64,000 nucleotides of DNA. Origin: Acidobacteriota bacterium. GTDB taxonomy: Bacteria > Acidobacteriota > Thermoanaerobaculia > Multivoradales > UBA5704. The notes beneath the pieces are model-generated. The model saw only the letters and a program-made list of their open reading frames with translations. It was not told where the DNA came from and ran no database searches. Location: NCBI GenBank assembly GCA_040005235.1, contig JBDTZG010000001.1, positions 64,001-128,000 on the forward strand, given 5' to 3'. The position numbers and the translations under genes are program-made. Positions 45,546 to 56,018 of the stretch are shown in pieces. How positions within the stretch are numbered: the stretch's first letter is position 1; each line of letters opens with the position of its first letter.

Positions 45546-48089
45546 CTAGGGCGGGGGAGCGGCAGGCGGCGGTGGCTCCGGAGCAGGTTCGGCGGGCGGC
45601 GGCGGGGCGACCGACGGCGGGGCCTCTTCCGCGGTTCCTTCCTGGCCCGGCGGTGCCGCGACCGCTCCCGGCTCTGGGGGGCGCTGGGTCATCTCTTCGC
45701 CCTCTTTCGGCACGTAGAACGACTTCTGCTGGAACCAGGGGAGCGTCATCACGGTCGACCATTTCGGATCGTATTCCTTGAGCGGCTCGGTGCCGTTGAC
45801 AAACGCCTCATCCACCGTCCGGCTGCTCCCTTCGCTCGGACGGAGGCCCGAGTAGTACTCGACGGGCCGCTGGGAGACCCCCGCCGGCACCGCGAACGTC
45901 TCGCCTTTCTGCACCCAGCCGTCGGCCAACCCCGACTTGACGATCGAAATCCAGGTCGGCAGCGAAGCGATCGCGCCGCTCATCCCCGAACCGAGCGAGC
46001 GCTTGGCGTCGTAACCGGTCCAGGTGAGGATCGTGTAGTTCGGCGTGAAGCCGACGAACCAGGCGTCGGAGTAGTCGTCGGTGGTGCCGGTCTTGCCCGC
46101 GAGATCGAGCGGCAGGTCGTGCGCTTCGTAGGCGGTGCCGTGGTCGATCACCCCTTCGAGCATGTGGGTGAGCACGAAAGCGACCGCCGGGGCCATCGCG
46201 GTCTGGGCATTCGGCACGTGGCTTTCGAGCGTCTGTCCTTCGCGGCTGGCGATCTTCTCGATCAGGTAGGGTTCGACGTGAGTGCCGAGGTTCGCCACCG
46301 TCGCGTAGGCGGTCGCCAGCTCCATCGGGGTCAAATCCGCCGAGCCGAGCGCGAGGCTGGGGTAAGGCGGGAGCGGCGACTGGACGCCACAGCGGCGTGT
46401 GAAGTCGATCACCCTTTGCACGCCCACCAGGTCCATCAGCTTCACCGTCGCCACGTTCACCGACTGCTCCAGCGCGCGGCGGAGCGTGATGATGCCGTAA
46501 TACTTCTTGTAATAGTTGTGCGGTGTATAGCTCAATTTGCCGTCGGCGCCCTTGAAGGCGGTCGGCACGTCGAGCAGGGTGTCGGCCGGGGTCCAGCCGT
46601 TCTCGATCGCGGACCCGTAGACGAACGGTTTGAACGCCGAGCCGACCTGGCGCCGGGCCTGGGTGATGCGGTTGAACTTGTTGCGGTCGAAGTCCCAGCC
46701 GCCGACCAGGGCGCGGATCGCGCCGGTGCGCGATTCGATCACCACGGCGGCCGATTCCATCCGCGGTTCCTGTTCGAGCATCAGGATCGGCTCGGCGACC
46801 TCCTCCGGCTTGTCCTTGGCGGCTTTGCCAGGCACCAGACGGAACCAGGCGACGGCGCCTTTCGGCAGCACGGTGGACGCGAGAGTGCGGCCGGTCCATT
46901 CGAAACCCTTCTTGCCGAGGGTGTAGACCTTTTCGCCGATCTTCACCCGCGCCTGGACCTTGTCGCTGTCGAGCACGATGCCCTGATACCAGCGGCCGAT
47001 CTGCGGATCGCCCTGGCCCCAGGTCGGCCGCGTCTGATCTTCCAGGTGCTCGACGTCGAGCTGGGCGAGCGGCCCGCGCCAGCCGCGCCGGTGATCGATC
47101 CGGCGCAACCCCTCGTCCACCGCCTTTTCGGCCGCCAACTGGATTTGCGGATCGAGCGTGGTGGTGACTTCCAGACCCTGCTCGTAGAGCGCGGTGGCGC
47201 CGTACTTGGTTTCTAGATACTTCCTCACCTCTTCGGTGAAGTAGGGGGCGGCCTGCTCTTCCGTCCGGCGCGGGGCGACGCGTAAAGGTTCGGCGTTCGC
47301 ATGGTCGAACTGCGCCTGGGTGATGAAGTTCTCTTCGAGCATGCCGCGCAGCACCCGATTGCGCTGCGAGAGCACCTTGTCGGGCGTGCGGTACGGGCTG
47401 TAGCGGCTGGGCGCGGGGATGATCCCGATGAGGGTCGCCGCCTCGGCGAGGGTCACATCCTTGGCTGACTTTTCAAAGTAGTAGCGCGACGCGGCCTCGA
47501 CCCCGTAATTGCCGTGACCCAGGTTCACCAGGTTCAGATAAAGCGTCAGCAACTGCTGCTTGCTGTACTTTTTCTCCAGCTCGACCGAGATCAGCGCCTC
47601 TTCGACCTTCCGGCGCCAGGTTTTCTCGCGCGACAGGAACAGCGTCCGGGCGAGTTGCATGGTGATCGTCGAAGCGCCTTCGACGATGTGGCCGGAGCGA
47701 AGGTTCTTCACCTCGGCGCGCAGAATGCCTTGCAGGTCGATACCGCCGTGGGAAAAGAAGTTGCGGTCCTCCGAGGCGATCACCGCCCGGCGCAGCACCT
47801 CGGGAATCTCCGCCTGCGAGAGCATCATCCGGCGCTCGCGGGCGAAGGTCGCAAACTGCGCGCCCTTCCGATCGAACAGCTCGGTCACCAGCCGCGGCGT
47901 ATAGGAGGAGACCTCTTCCACCTGCGGCCGGCGGATCACCGCGGCGATGCCGACCCCCCCCGCCGCGCCGAGCACGGCGGCGATGCAAAGCGGGGCAAGC
48001 CAGCGCAGCAGGCGCTTGCCCGGGCGGGAGCGCATAGGGGTGCCTAACGAGGGGCCGATCGTGCGCGGGGGGAGCGGGTCGTAGTCCAC
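45546..48089 (-). CDS. mrcA: penicillin-binding protein 1A (class A PBP)
   Basis: EDRNFFSHGG, GASTITMQL, RK..E, YLN; transpeptidase S.FK, S.N, KTGT. Confidence 0.95.
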   Translation of the reverse strand: MDYDPLPPRTIGPSLGTPMRSRPGKRLLRWLAPLCIAAVLGAAGGVGIAAVIRRPQVEEVSSYTPRLVTELFDRKGAQFATFARERRMMLSQAEIPEVLRRAVIASEDRNFFSHGGIDLQGILRAEVKNLRSGHIVEGASTITMQLARTLFLSREKTWRRKVEEALISVELEKKYSKQQLLTLYLNLVNLGHGNYGVEAASRYYFEKSAKDVTLAEAATLIGIIPAPSRYSPYRTPDKVLSQRNRVLRGMLEENFITQAQFDHANAEPLRVAPRRTEEQAAPYFTEEVRKYLETKYGATALYEQGLEVTTTLDPQIQLAAEKAVDEGLRRIDHRRGWRGPLAQLDVEHLEDQTRPTWGQGDPQIGRWYQGIVLDSDKVQARVKIGEKVYTLGKKGFEWTGRTLASTVLPKGAVAWFRLVPGKAAKDKPEEVAEPILMLEQEPRMESAAVVIESRTGAIRALVGGWDFDRNKFNRITQARRQVGSAFKPFVYGSAIENGWTPADTLLDVPTAFKGADGKLSYTPHNYYKKYYGIITLRRALEQSVNVATVKLMDLVGVQRVIDFTRRCGVQSPLPPYPSLALGSADLTPMELATAYATVANLGTHVEPYLIEKIASREGQTLESHVPNAQTAMAPAVAFVLTHMLEGVIDHGTAYEAHDLPLDLAGKTGTTDDYSDAWFVGFTPNYTILTWTGYDAKRSLGSGMSGAIASLPTWISIVKSGLADGWVQKGETFAVPAGVSQRPVEYYSGLRPSEGSSRTVDEAFVNGTEPLKEYDPKWSTVMTLPWFQQKSFYVPKEGEEMTQRPPEPGAVAAPPGQEGTAEEAPPSVAPPPPAEPAPEPPPPAAPPP

Positions 48090-48223
48090 GGGGTAAGTTT
48101 ACGTTACCTGGCACTCCTGGCCTACCCTGGCCCCGCGCGTCTCCGCTTGCCGCGTGTCTTGGCGGGTGATACAAACCCGGCGCACCCTGCACCTGTCTTT
48201 CGGATCGCCGCGGAGGGGTCGAC

Positions 48224-48751
48224 ATGTCGGAACCTTTGGAATTTCCACCGCCGCCGTTCACTCCCGCGCCGCTGGAGCCGTCCGAGCGCTCGGGATGCCG
48301 CAAGGCGCTGCTGTTCGGCTGCGGCGGGGTATTCCTGATCCTCGCGCTCTGCTTGGTCGGGATGGTCGTCAAGGCGCCGGAGATCATGCGCGCGATGCTC
48401 GGCTATCTCGAAGACGATTACACGGGCAAGCTCGCGCCGAACATTCCGGCGGCGGACCGCGAGCGGCTCCATCGCGCGTTTCAAGGCGCGCGGTCCGATC
48501 CGACGAAGTTGATGCAGGATCGAGCGGCGCTGGAAGCGTTTCAAGCCCAGGTCATGGACCTGGGGGCGAAGCCCCAGCTTTCGCGAGAGGACGTGGTCGG
48601 GCTTGCCGGGGTGCTCGAAAGGTTGAGCGGAACGGCCGCCCCGCCCGCTCCCGGCCCGTCGGCTCCGGTTCCCGCGCCTTCGCCCTCCCCCCCGTCGGAT
48701 GCGGCGCCCGCGCATTCGAGGGCCGGTGGAGCGCTTCCGCCGACGACCTAG
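48224..48751 (+). CDS. hypothetical membrane-anchored protein
   Basis: GGAGGGG RBS; GC...GCGG plus TM; Pro-rich tail. Confidence 0.7.
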   Translation: MSEPLEFPPPPFTPAPLEPSERSGCRKALLFGCGGVFLILALCLVGMVVKAPEIMRAMLGYLEDDYTGKLAPNIPAADRERLHRAFQGARSDPTKLMQDRAALEAFQAQVMDLGAKPQLSREDVVGLAGVLERLSGTAAPPAPGPSAPVPAPSPSPPSDAAPAHSRAGGALPPTT

Positions 48752-48754
48752 CCT

Positions 48755-49669
48755 CTACCCGAGCCCCGCAACCCGTGGTGCCACCGCGAGGAGCGCGCGG
48801 GGGAGCGCTCCGGCTCCCGCGAAGTGAAACCAAGCCTGCCGGTGGGGCAGGGGGACGAGCAGCCAACAGCCGTCGGGTCCGGGGTAGGAGGCGACGTGCG
48901 AGGAGAGGCCGCGCGCGAGGAGCTGGGGTGGGGGAAAATTCCTGAGGATATCGACCTGGCTCGCGAGGTCGGAGAGCCGTTCCAGCGCCGACGAATCCGG
49001 CGCGGTTCGCCATACGGTGGGATAAAGGGTCCCGTCGGTCTCCCGCTCGAGGATCAGGGCCTGGTCGCATTGCCCGGCGAGGTGCTCGAACAACGAAGTG
49101 GCTAGATCCGGCGCGGAGATGTCGAGCGTACGCACCGCCCGCAAATACACCTCCAAGGGGGAAAAGCTCATGTCGGGGTCGAAGACGCCGGTATAGCGCG
49201 CCGTGCAGCGCAGCTCGATCGAAGTGCCGGCGGCTGCCCAGGCGAGGCCCAGAATCCCCTTGACGGTATGGGCGAGCAGGAACTCGCGAACCTGCTCGAA
49301 CGACGCTTCGGGGCTCGCGCGGACAAGCGAGGAAAAGGTGGCGAAGCGCCCGTGGGCCGCCCGGGTGAGGCGGCCGATGAGTGCCAGCATGTCCGGGTCC
49401 TCTTGCGAGAGCAGCGCGGTCGCCTCGGCGCCGACGCGAGATCGTTCGACGTAACAGATCTTGCCGTTCTGCACGAGGAGGGCGGAAAGCTCGCGGCCAT
49501 CGGGGTGGACGAGCGCCATCCGCGCTGCGCCGCGCAAGCTCTCGATCGGCGTGAGCAACCGCATCAAGAAGGCCGGCAGCGGCTCGGGGAGCAGAGGCCG
49601 ATCCGGGGCTGCCGCATTCGACCGCGGGTCTACTGGCAGCAGATACGACGGAAACGACACCGAAGGCAT
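48755..49669 (-). CDS. hypothetical protein
   Basis: About 304-aa ORF with protein-like composition; start uncertain. Confidence 0.55.
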   Translation of the reverse strand: MPSVSFPSYLLPVDPRSNAAAPDRPLLPEPLPAFLMRLLTPIESLRGAARMALVHPDGRELSALLVQNGKICYVERSRVGAEATALLSQEDPDMLALIGRLTRAAHGRFATFSSLVRASPEASFEQVREFLLAHTVKGILGLAWAAAGTSIELRCTARYTGVFDPDMSFSPLEVYLRAVRTLDISAPDLATSLFEHLAGQCDQALILERETDGTLYPTVWRTAPDSSALERLSDLASQVDILRNFPPPQLLARGLSSHVASYPGPDGCWLLVPLPHRQAWFHFAGAGALPRALLAVAPRVAGLG

Positions 49670-49875
49670 GAACACAAGACCCCGCGCTAAAGCTGCTCTA
49701 GGTAAGTATCGCTTATTTTCGGTAGGTGGCAATAGGTCAATGTGGCGGGGCGGGGGTCCCGGTTTGGGAGGGTTGCGGTGGTTTGATGCGGGTTGGCGTA
49801 GAGATGCCGGCTCAATATAGTCACGAAGCAACGCCCAGGCTAGCGCACCGCCGCTCCGAGTGAAGGGAGATACCT

Positions 49876-51243
49876 ATGGGCCAATCCAAAGCTGGGCGCA
49901 ACGACCCTTGCCCCTGCGGAAGCGGCAGGAAATACAAGCACTGCTGCCTGGCGGATCAGCGCCCGCGGCCGAGCCAGCTGCCTTCATCCGGCGCCGGCAT
50001 CGCGATCGATTGGCTTTGGGAGAACCACCCGAGCGCCGTAGGCGCGGCGATCGACAGGGGTTTCTTCGGCGTGTTTGGTCCGCAACAAATCGAGGAGCTG
50101 TTCGGGTCGATTCCTGCCGACCTTACCGAGGTGATCGAGCACACCATGAACGAGTGGCTGCTGGCCGAAGCGGTGCTGGAGCTGGAAGCGGGCCGGATTC
50201 GCACGGCGGATCTCTTCCTCGGTCCGGGTGGCCCGCGGCTCGACGTGGCTCAGCGGGAGTGGCTACTAACTCTCGCCTCCTGGCCGCTCACGGTGTACGA
50301 AGTGGTCGAAAGCCGGCCCGGCGAGGGGATGGTGCTCAAGAGCGCCCTTTCGGCCCGTTCGCCTCGGCTCGAAGTGCGTGAACGCTTGGCCTCAGAGCAG
50401 CTCGTTCGCGGATCGGTCTTTGGCGGACGTCTGCTCCCGATCGGGGACGAAAGGTGGGAGCTCAGCGGCATCGTCTATCCGCTGGAGCATCTCGACCTCG
50501 ACATCCTCCGTCGTGCGGTTCGGAGGAAGCGCCCGACCGCCGTGTCCGAGACGATTCGCGATCTCTGGCTCCAGCGGGTTGCCCAGCCCTTTTCGCCGCC
50601 CAACCTCGTGAGCGCCGCCACCGGCGAACCGATGCTGATGGTCACTGACCTGTACCGAATCACCGATTGGCCCGGTCTGGTTCGAGCGCTCGCTAAAGAG
50701 CCCGATGTCGAAGGCGATCGCGACGACGGCTGGATTCGGTTTATTGATCCCGAGGCGGAGATCCTGCGTCCGCGGGTCGCGCTAAACCCGGGGGCTGAAC
50801 CGGATCAGCTGGAGCTGTTCGCCCACACGCTGGGACTCGCCGACGAATCCCGCGATTGGTTCCGGAAGGTGGCCGGAGTTCGCGCCCGATTCCTCGACCG
50901 GCGGATCGTCGATCCGGTGAGCGAATTCTTAAGCCAACGGGAAGGCTCCCAAGCCGATCACCCGGCTCGCCCCGTTTCACCGCCTCTCGAAGTAAGCCAG
51001 GAGTTCCTTCAGAAAGCGATCGAGGCGCATTACCATCATTGGGCCGACCAGGATGTACCCGCCCTCGACGGCTTGACGCCGCGCGAGGCACTCGCAACTC
51101 GAACGATGCGCCAAAGAGTGATCGACCTGCTCAAGATGTACGAGCACAAGGAACTCGAAGCCGCCCACCGAGAGGGGCGCGAATCCGCGAGCTACGAGTT
51201 TCTCTGGAAATCGGTCGGCCTGAGCCGTGGGCGGTATATCTAG
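49876..51243 (+). CDS. SEC-C motif protein with C-terminal MbcA/ParS-like domain
   Basis: [18 protein letters not shown]; [14 protein letters not shown]. Confidence 0.85.
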   Translation: MGQSKAGRNDPCPCGSGRKYKHCCLADQRPRPSQLPSSGAGIAIDWLWENHPSAVGAAIDRGFFGVFGPQQIEELFGSIPADLTEVIEHTMNEWLLAEAVLELEAGRIRTADLFLGPGGPRLDVAQREWLLTLASWPLTVYEVVESRPGEGMVLKSALSARSPRLEVRERLASEQLVRGSVFGGRLLPIGDERWELSGIVYPLEHLDLDILRRAVRRKRPTAVSETIRDLWLQRVAQPFSPPNLVSAATGEPMLMVTDLYRITDWPGLVRALAKEPDVEGDRDDGWIRFIDPEAEILRPRVALNPGAEPDQLELFAHTLGLADESRDWFRKVAGVRARFLDRRIVDPVSEFLSQREGSQADHPARPVSPPLEVSQEFLQKAIEAHYHHWADQDVPALDGLTPREALATRTMRQRVIDLLKMYEHKELEAAHREGRESASYEFLWKSVGLSRGRYI

Positions 51244-51356
51244 TTCCAGGCACTCCCGGGGCGCTGTGCAAGTCGAATTCTATCCGCCGTGGGGAGGCAG
51301 TCTCTAGCAGAGTCTCGGAGCACGGCTGCACCCCCGAACCGCTACAATCTCCGGTC

Positions 51357-53348
51357 ATGGACCACTTCCAAGTCGTGTCTCGTTTCGAGCCCCAGGGCGA
51401 CCAGCCGGAGGCGATCCGACAGCTCTCCGAGGGCATCCTCGCGGGGGAAAAAGAACAGGTGCTGCTGGGCGTCACCGGATCGGGCAAGACCTTTTCGATC
51501 GCCAAGGTGGTCGAGCGGGTGAACCGGCCGACGCTCGTGCTGTCGCACAACAAGATCCTCGCCGCGCAGCTGTTCCAGGAGTTCCGGAGCTTTTTCCCCA
51601 ACAACGCGGTCGAGTACTTCGTCTCCTATTACGACTACTACCAGCCGGAGGCGTACGTCCCTCAGTCCGACACCTACATCGAGAAAGAGACCAACATCAA
51701 CGAGGAGATCGAGCGCCTGCGCCTGCGCGCGACCAAGGCGCTGTTCGAGCGGCGCGACGTGCTGATCGTCTCCTCGGTCTCGTGCATCTACGGCCTCGGC
51801 TCGCCGGAGTCGTTCTTCGGCATGCTCCATTTCTTCGAAAAAGGGAGCGAAGAGGGGATGGACCTGGTTCTTCGCCGGCTGGTCGACATGCAGTACCAGC
51901 GCACCCAGATGGACCTCTACCCCGGCACCTTCAGGGTGCGCGGCGACGTGCTGGAGATCTTCCCCTCCTACGACGAGATCGGCTTGCGGATCGAATACTT
52001 CGGCGACGAGATCGAGCGGATCACCCGCTTCGACCTGCTGCGCGGCGAGGCGTTCGAGGAGGTGGAACGGATCGCGGTCTTCCCGAAGACCCACTACGTG
52101 ACGCCCAAGGACCGGATGATCCGGGCGATCGAGACGATCAAGGTGGAGCTGCAGGAGCGGCTCGCCGAGCTGGAGGTGCAGGGCAAGCTCCTGGAGCGGC
52201 AGCGGTTGGAGCAGCGGACGATGTTCGACCTCGAAATGCTTCAAGAGATCGGCTCCTGCCACGGGATCGAGAACTACTCGCGCCACCTCTCCGGCCGCGC
52301 CGCGGGCGAGGCGCCGCCGACGCTGCTCGACTATTTCCCCGACGATTTCCTCCTGGTGGTCGACGAAAGCCACCAGACGATTCCCCAGGTGCGCGGCATG
52401 TACCACGGCGACCGGTCGAGGAAGCAGACGCTGGTCGATTACGGCTTCCGGCTGCCTTCGGCACTCGACAATCGGCCGCTCCAGTTCCCGGAGTTCGACG
52501 CCCGCGTCGGCCAGCGGATCTACGTCTCGGCCACCCCGGCTCCCTGGGAGCTGGAACGTACCCACGGCGTGATCGCCGAGCAGTTGATCCGCCCGACCGG
52601 GCTGATCGATCCGGTGATCGACGTCCGCCCGGCCAAGGGCCAGGTGGACGACCTGGTGGGGGAGATCCGGAAGACCATCGAGCGAGGCGAGCGCGTACTG
52701 GTGACCACCCTCACCAAGCGGATGTCGGAAGAGCTGTCCCAATATTTGAAAGAGATCGGGATCAAGGTTCGCTATCTGCACAGCGACATCGAGACGCTCG
52801 AACGGGTGGAGATCATCACCGGACTGCGGCGCGGCGAGTTCGACGTCCTGGTCGGCATCAACCTCCTGCGCGAAGGGCTCGATCTGCCGGAGGTCTCGCT
52901 GGTGGCGATCCTCGACGCGGACAAAGAGGGATTCCTGCGCTCCGAGACCTCGCTGATCCAGACCTCGGGCCGCGCCGCGCGAAACTTGAACGGCCGGGTG
53001 ATCTTCTACGCCGACGCAATGACCAACTCGATGCAGCGCGCCCTCTCCGAGACCGCCCGCCGCCGGATCAAGCAGGAGGCCCACAACGTCGAGCACGGCA
53101 TCGAGCCGCAATCGATCTTGAAGGACATCCACAGCCCGCTCGTCCAGATGGCGAACCTCGACCTCTACTCGACCGGCGTCGGCCGCCTCTCCGAGCTGGC
53201 CGACCGTTCCGACCTGCCGCTCTCCGAGCAGATCGCCCTGGTCGAAAAGCAGATGCGCGCCGCCGCCAAGCGCCTGGAATTCGAAGAGGCCGCGATGCTC
53301 CGCGACAAGCTGAAGGAGCTGCGGGACGTTCAGGTGTTCGCGGGGTAG
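51357..53348 (+). CDS. uvrB: excinuclease ABC subunit B
   Basis: [43 protein letters not shown] domain LEFEEAA.LRD. Confidence 0.98.
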   Translation: MDHFQVVSRFEPQGDQPEAIRQLSEGILAGEKEQVLLGVTGSGKTFSIAKVVERVNRPTLVLSHNKILAAQLFQEFRSFFPNNAVEYFVSYYDYYQPEAYVPQSDTYIEKETNINEEIERLRLRATKALFERRDVLIVSSVSCIYGLGSPESFFGMLHFFEKGSEEGMDLVLRRLVDMQYQRTQMDLYPGTFRVRGDVLEIFPSYDEIGLRIEYFGDEIERITRFDLLRGEAFEEVERIAVFPKTHYVTPKDRMIRAIETIKVELQERLAELEVQGKLLERQRLEQRTMFDLEMLQEIGSCHGIENYSRHLSGRAAGEAPPTLLDYFPDDFLLVVDESHQTIPQVRGMYHGDRSRKQTLVDYGFRLPSALDNRPLQFPEFDARVGQRIYVSATPAPWELERTHGVIAEQLIRPTGLIDPVIDVRPAKGQVDDLVGEIRKTIERGERVLVTTLTKRMSEELSQYLKEIGIKVRYLHSDIETLERVEIITGLRRGEFDVLVGINLLREGLDLPEVSLVAILDADKEGFLRSETSLIQTSGRAARNLNGRVIFYADAMTNSMQRALSETARRRIKQEAHNVEHGIEPQSILKDIHSPLVQMANLDLYSTGVGRLSELADRSDLPLSEQIALVEKQMRAAAKRLEFEEAAMLRDKLKELRDVQVFAG

Positions 53349-53369
53349 GGGAGGGCTGGCCGAACCCGA

Positions 53370-53480
53370 CCCAGGCCTTCAGCCTGGGCTAACGTGACAC
53401 GGCCCTTCAGGCCGAAATCATCGATCGGAGCGCGGCGGCCCAACGGGCCGCGTCACGTTAGCCCAGGGCAACGCCCTGGG
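53370..53480. repeat. inverted pair of REP-like units (REPIN/BIME-like)
   Basis: Left arm CCCAGGCCTTCAGCCTGGGCTAACGTGACACGGCCC matches the reverse complement of the right arm GGGCCGCGTCACGTTAGCCCAGGGCAACGCCCTGGG. Confidence 0.75.
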
Positions 53481-53518
53481 TTGCGGGGATCGCGGGGTCG
53501 GGTGGCCGGAGGTACGCC

Positions 53519-54358
53519 TCAAGCCAATCGCGGATCGGGCAAAATCTGCCGCAGGTAAGGCTCGATTCCTTGGCTCTCGTCCCAGTTCTGGGGGTAGCCG
53601 AGCGACACCTCTTCGAAGCGCACGCCGTCGCGGAAGTGGGTGGCGCGGATGTGCAGATGGCCGAAGATCACGCACTGGGCCTTGAAACGGATGTGCCAAT
53701 CCTCCGTCCGCCGGGTGCCGCACCAGACCGAGAAGCGGGGCACTCGCGGCAGGATCGCGAGATCCCGCTTGAGCGGCCAGTGGTTGATCAGGATCGTCGG
53801 CCCGCGCTCGGCCGCCGCGGTCAGACGGCGCTCGGCGTCGAGGCAGCGAGCGGCGCACCAGGCCGAGCGGCTGGGGTAGGGATCGGGGTGGAGCAGCACC
53901 TCGTCCGAGCAGAGGATGTCCTCTTCGGCGGCCCATTGGACCGCTTCCTCTACGGGGATGTGATCGGGGCGGAAGGAGTAGTCGTAGAGCAGGAAGAGCG
54001 GTGCGAGCACAGGTGCCGGGCCGTCCGCCGCAGAGCCTCCCGTCCAGGTGATGTAGGGATCTTCCGGGGTCAGCACGCCGAATGAGCGGCAAATTTCGAC
54101 CATCCGCCGGTATTTCCGTTCCCCGCGCGGCTCATCCGGATGGGATGGGATGGTCCATAGGTCGTGGTTGCCGGGGACCCAGAGCAGGCGAGCGAACCGG
54201 CGTGACAGAACGGTGAGCGCGAAGCGCAGATGCTCGTCCGTTTCGCCCACGTCGCCGGCCACGATCAGCCAGTCCTCCGGATGCGGCGCGAGATTCAGCA
54301 GCGCCTTGCGGTTGGATTCGTGGCGGAGATGGAGATCGCCGAGCGCGTAGAGCTTCAA
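53519..54358 (-). CDS. PptH-like metallophosphoesterase (phosphopantetheinyl carrier-protein hydrolase family)
   Basis: TTGA overlap start; DLH, DWLIVAGDV, WVPGNH, LLYDYSF, WCGT..T.DWH, GHLH, DGVRFEEVS.GYP. Confidence 0.85.
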   Translation of the reverse strand: MKLYALGDLHLRHESNRKALLNLAPHPEDWLIVAGDVGETDEHLRFALTVLSRRFARLLWVPGNHDLWTIPSHPDEPRGERKYRRMVEICRSFGVLTPEDPYITWTGGSAADGPAPVLAPLFLLYDYSFRPDHIPVEEAVQWAAEEDILCSDEVLLHPDPYPSRSAWCAARCLDAERRLTAAAERGPTILINHWPLKRDLAILPRVPRFSVWCGTRRTEDWHIRFKAQCVIFGHLHIRATHFRDGVRFEEVSLGYPQNWDESQGIEPYLRQILPDPRLA

Positions 54359-55152
54359 TGGATCGACTCTAGGGGAGGCGTGCCTAAATCGGCGCCCTCG
54401 ATCTCGCGAAGGTAGTCCGGCCGCTCCGGCGGCGTTTGCGGGTCGACCGGACCCTCGCCCGGCAGCAGGAGGGTCTGGACCAACTTGCCCTCGGGGCCGA
54501 CGTAGACCTCGGTTGCCGGATGGCGGATCGGCTCCAGCGAATAATCGGGGTGGTAGACCAGACCGCCGCCGGTCGGGATGCCGATCCCCTTGACGTGCTC
54601 GCCCGCCCGCGGCACGACGCGATGGAGCATCGGCCAATCGGGCTCGGCATGCGCGTCGATCACGAACGGCACGACCCGGAAGGTGTCGAACAGCCGATCG
54701 CTCCCTTCGTCCAGACCTTTGAGCCCGAGCTGGATCGCGCCGGCCGAGATGCCGACCAGGAGCGCCCCGGCGTAATAGCGGGCAAAGATCTTCGCGCCGA
54801 GGTCGTTGGCGTCGAACGCATCCCAACCGCGGCGGACGTCGCCGCCGGCAAACAACAGCAGGTCGGCCTGCTCGATGAACGCGAGATCGTCGGAGCCCAA
54901 GCGCGCCGGGATGTGGCGGCAATTCCGGATGCCGATGCCGTCCATCGCCGCGAGGAACAGCTCGTAGAACTCCGGTGCGTCGCCGTTGGAAGCGCCGAAA
55001 TAGGCGGCCGACAAAGGCCGCGAAGACCCTTCCGCGGGGTCGAGATCCTCGATCAGAAGGTCGCGCAAGCGCTCTAGAAACAGACGCTCGCCGTCGCGCC
55101 AGAACAGCATCTGGGAGTCGGAGAAGAGGTAGACCGGTTTGATCGTAGCCAT
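54355..55152 (-). CDS. peptidase S51 (PepE/cyanophycinase-like) family protein
   Basis: GASNGD, FAGGD, nucleophile GISAGA, DAHAE. Confidence 0.8.
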   Translation of the reverse strand: MATIKPVYLFSDSQMLFWRDGERLFLERLRDLLIEDLDPAEGSSRPLSAAYFGASNGDAPEFYELFLAAMDGIGIRNCRHIPARLGSDDLAFIEQADLLLFAGGDVRRGWDAFDANDLGAKIFARYYAGALLVGISAGAIQLGLKGLDEGSDRLFDTFRVVPFVIDAHAEPDWPMLHRVVPRAGEHVKGIGIPTGGGLVYHPDYSLEPIRHPATEVYVGPEGKLVQTLLLPGEGPVDPQTPPERPDYLREIEGADLGTPPLESIH

Positions 55153-55180
55153 GGCGTGGCGCCAAGGATATCAGGCCCGT

Positions 55181-55915
55181 TCAGGGTGTCTCCGTCTCCG
55201 CCCGCCGATAGACCCAGCGCACGGAGACCGGCGGCAGCGGGCCGTAGCCTTCGAGCGAGACGACGACGATCAGCTCGGGCTTGCCGTCGATGCCGGCGGC
55301 CACGCGGTAGAGCTCGCTCCGCTCCGGGCCGCGGGTGGGGCTCTCGTAGATCGTCAGCTCGCCGTCCTTCCAGGTCGCCCAGCTTTTGATCGCCGTGCCG
55401 TCGGGGCGCTCGCGCTTGGTCTTCTTGGCGTTGGGCGCGATCGAAAGCGGGGGAGCGTGGAGCAGCGGATCGGACGCCTCCGGCTCGGTCGAGATCGTAA
55501 AGGTGCCGTTCGCGAAGGCGATTTTCTGTTCGAGCGGCGCCTCCATCCGTCCGGAGAGCTTGGCCATGTCCGGCGCTTCGACCGGCGGCCGGAAGCCGCT
55601 GTTGCCGGTCCCCGGAGGGCCGCCGCCGGGCCGCCCGCCTCCGCCGCCGCCTGGCCCGGAAAAACCACCGTCCCGCGCATGGCTGTGCGCCTCGCGCATC
55701 GCGCTCCGGAAATCTTGGCTGCGATCCGAGTCGAGCTGCCAGCTGCCGAGCAAGGGCTGGACCGCCGCCTCCGTCGGAGGAGGCGCCGCCGCTCCGACGG
55801 GACCCGCGGTCAACGCCAGCATGAGTCCCAGCTCGAGGCCTAGGCCCGATCCGAGAATTCGCCGCCGAAATCCTTGCCGTCCCTGCGGTCCATTGGGTGC
55901 TTTCAGTTCGCTCAT
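55181..55915 (-). CDS. exported hypothetical protein
   Basis: Signal-like segment, GSWQLD.DRS lipocalin-like start, Gly-rich loop. Confidence 0.7.
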   Translation of the reverse strand: MSELKAPNGPQGRQGFRRRILGSGLGLELGLMLALTAGPVGAAAPPPTEAAVQPLLGSWQLDSDRSQDFRSAMREAHSHARDGGFSGPGGGGGGRPGGGPPGTGNSGFRPPVEAPDMAKLSGRMEAPLEQKIAFANGTFTISTEPEASDPLLHAPPLSIAPNAKKTKRERPDGTAIKSWATWKDGELTIYESPTRGPERSELYRVAAGIDGKPELIVVVSLEGYGPLPPVSVRWVYRRAETETP

Positions 55916-56018
55916 GCGTTCAGTTTACCCCGGCCCCCCGCCGAAGAACTTGTAAGCGATGTAAGAAACTGCCGCCTCCCGCCGTCGCCCGAAGCGCCCC
56001 TTGCTAAGCTCTCCTGCG

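Noticed and set aside
50856-51356. Apparent N-terminal extension of UvrB
   Set aside because: It overlaps the SEC-C gene. The canonical start at 51357 is preceded by a TACAAT -10 box.
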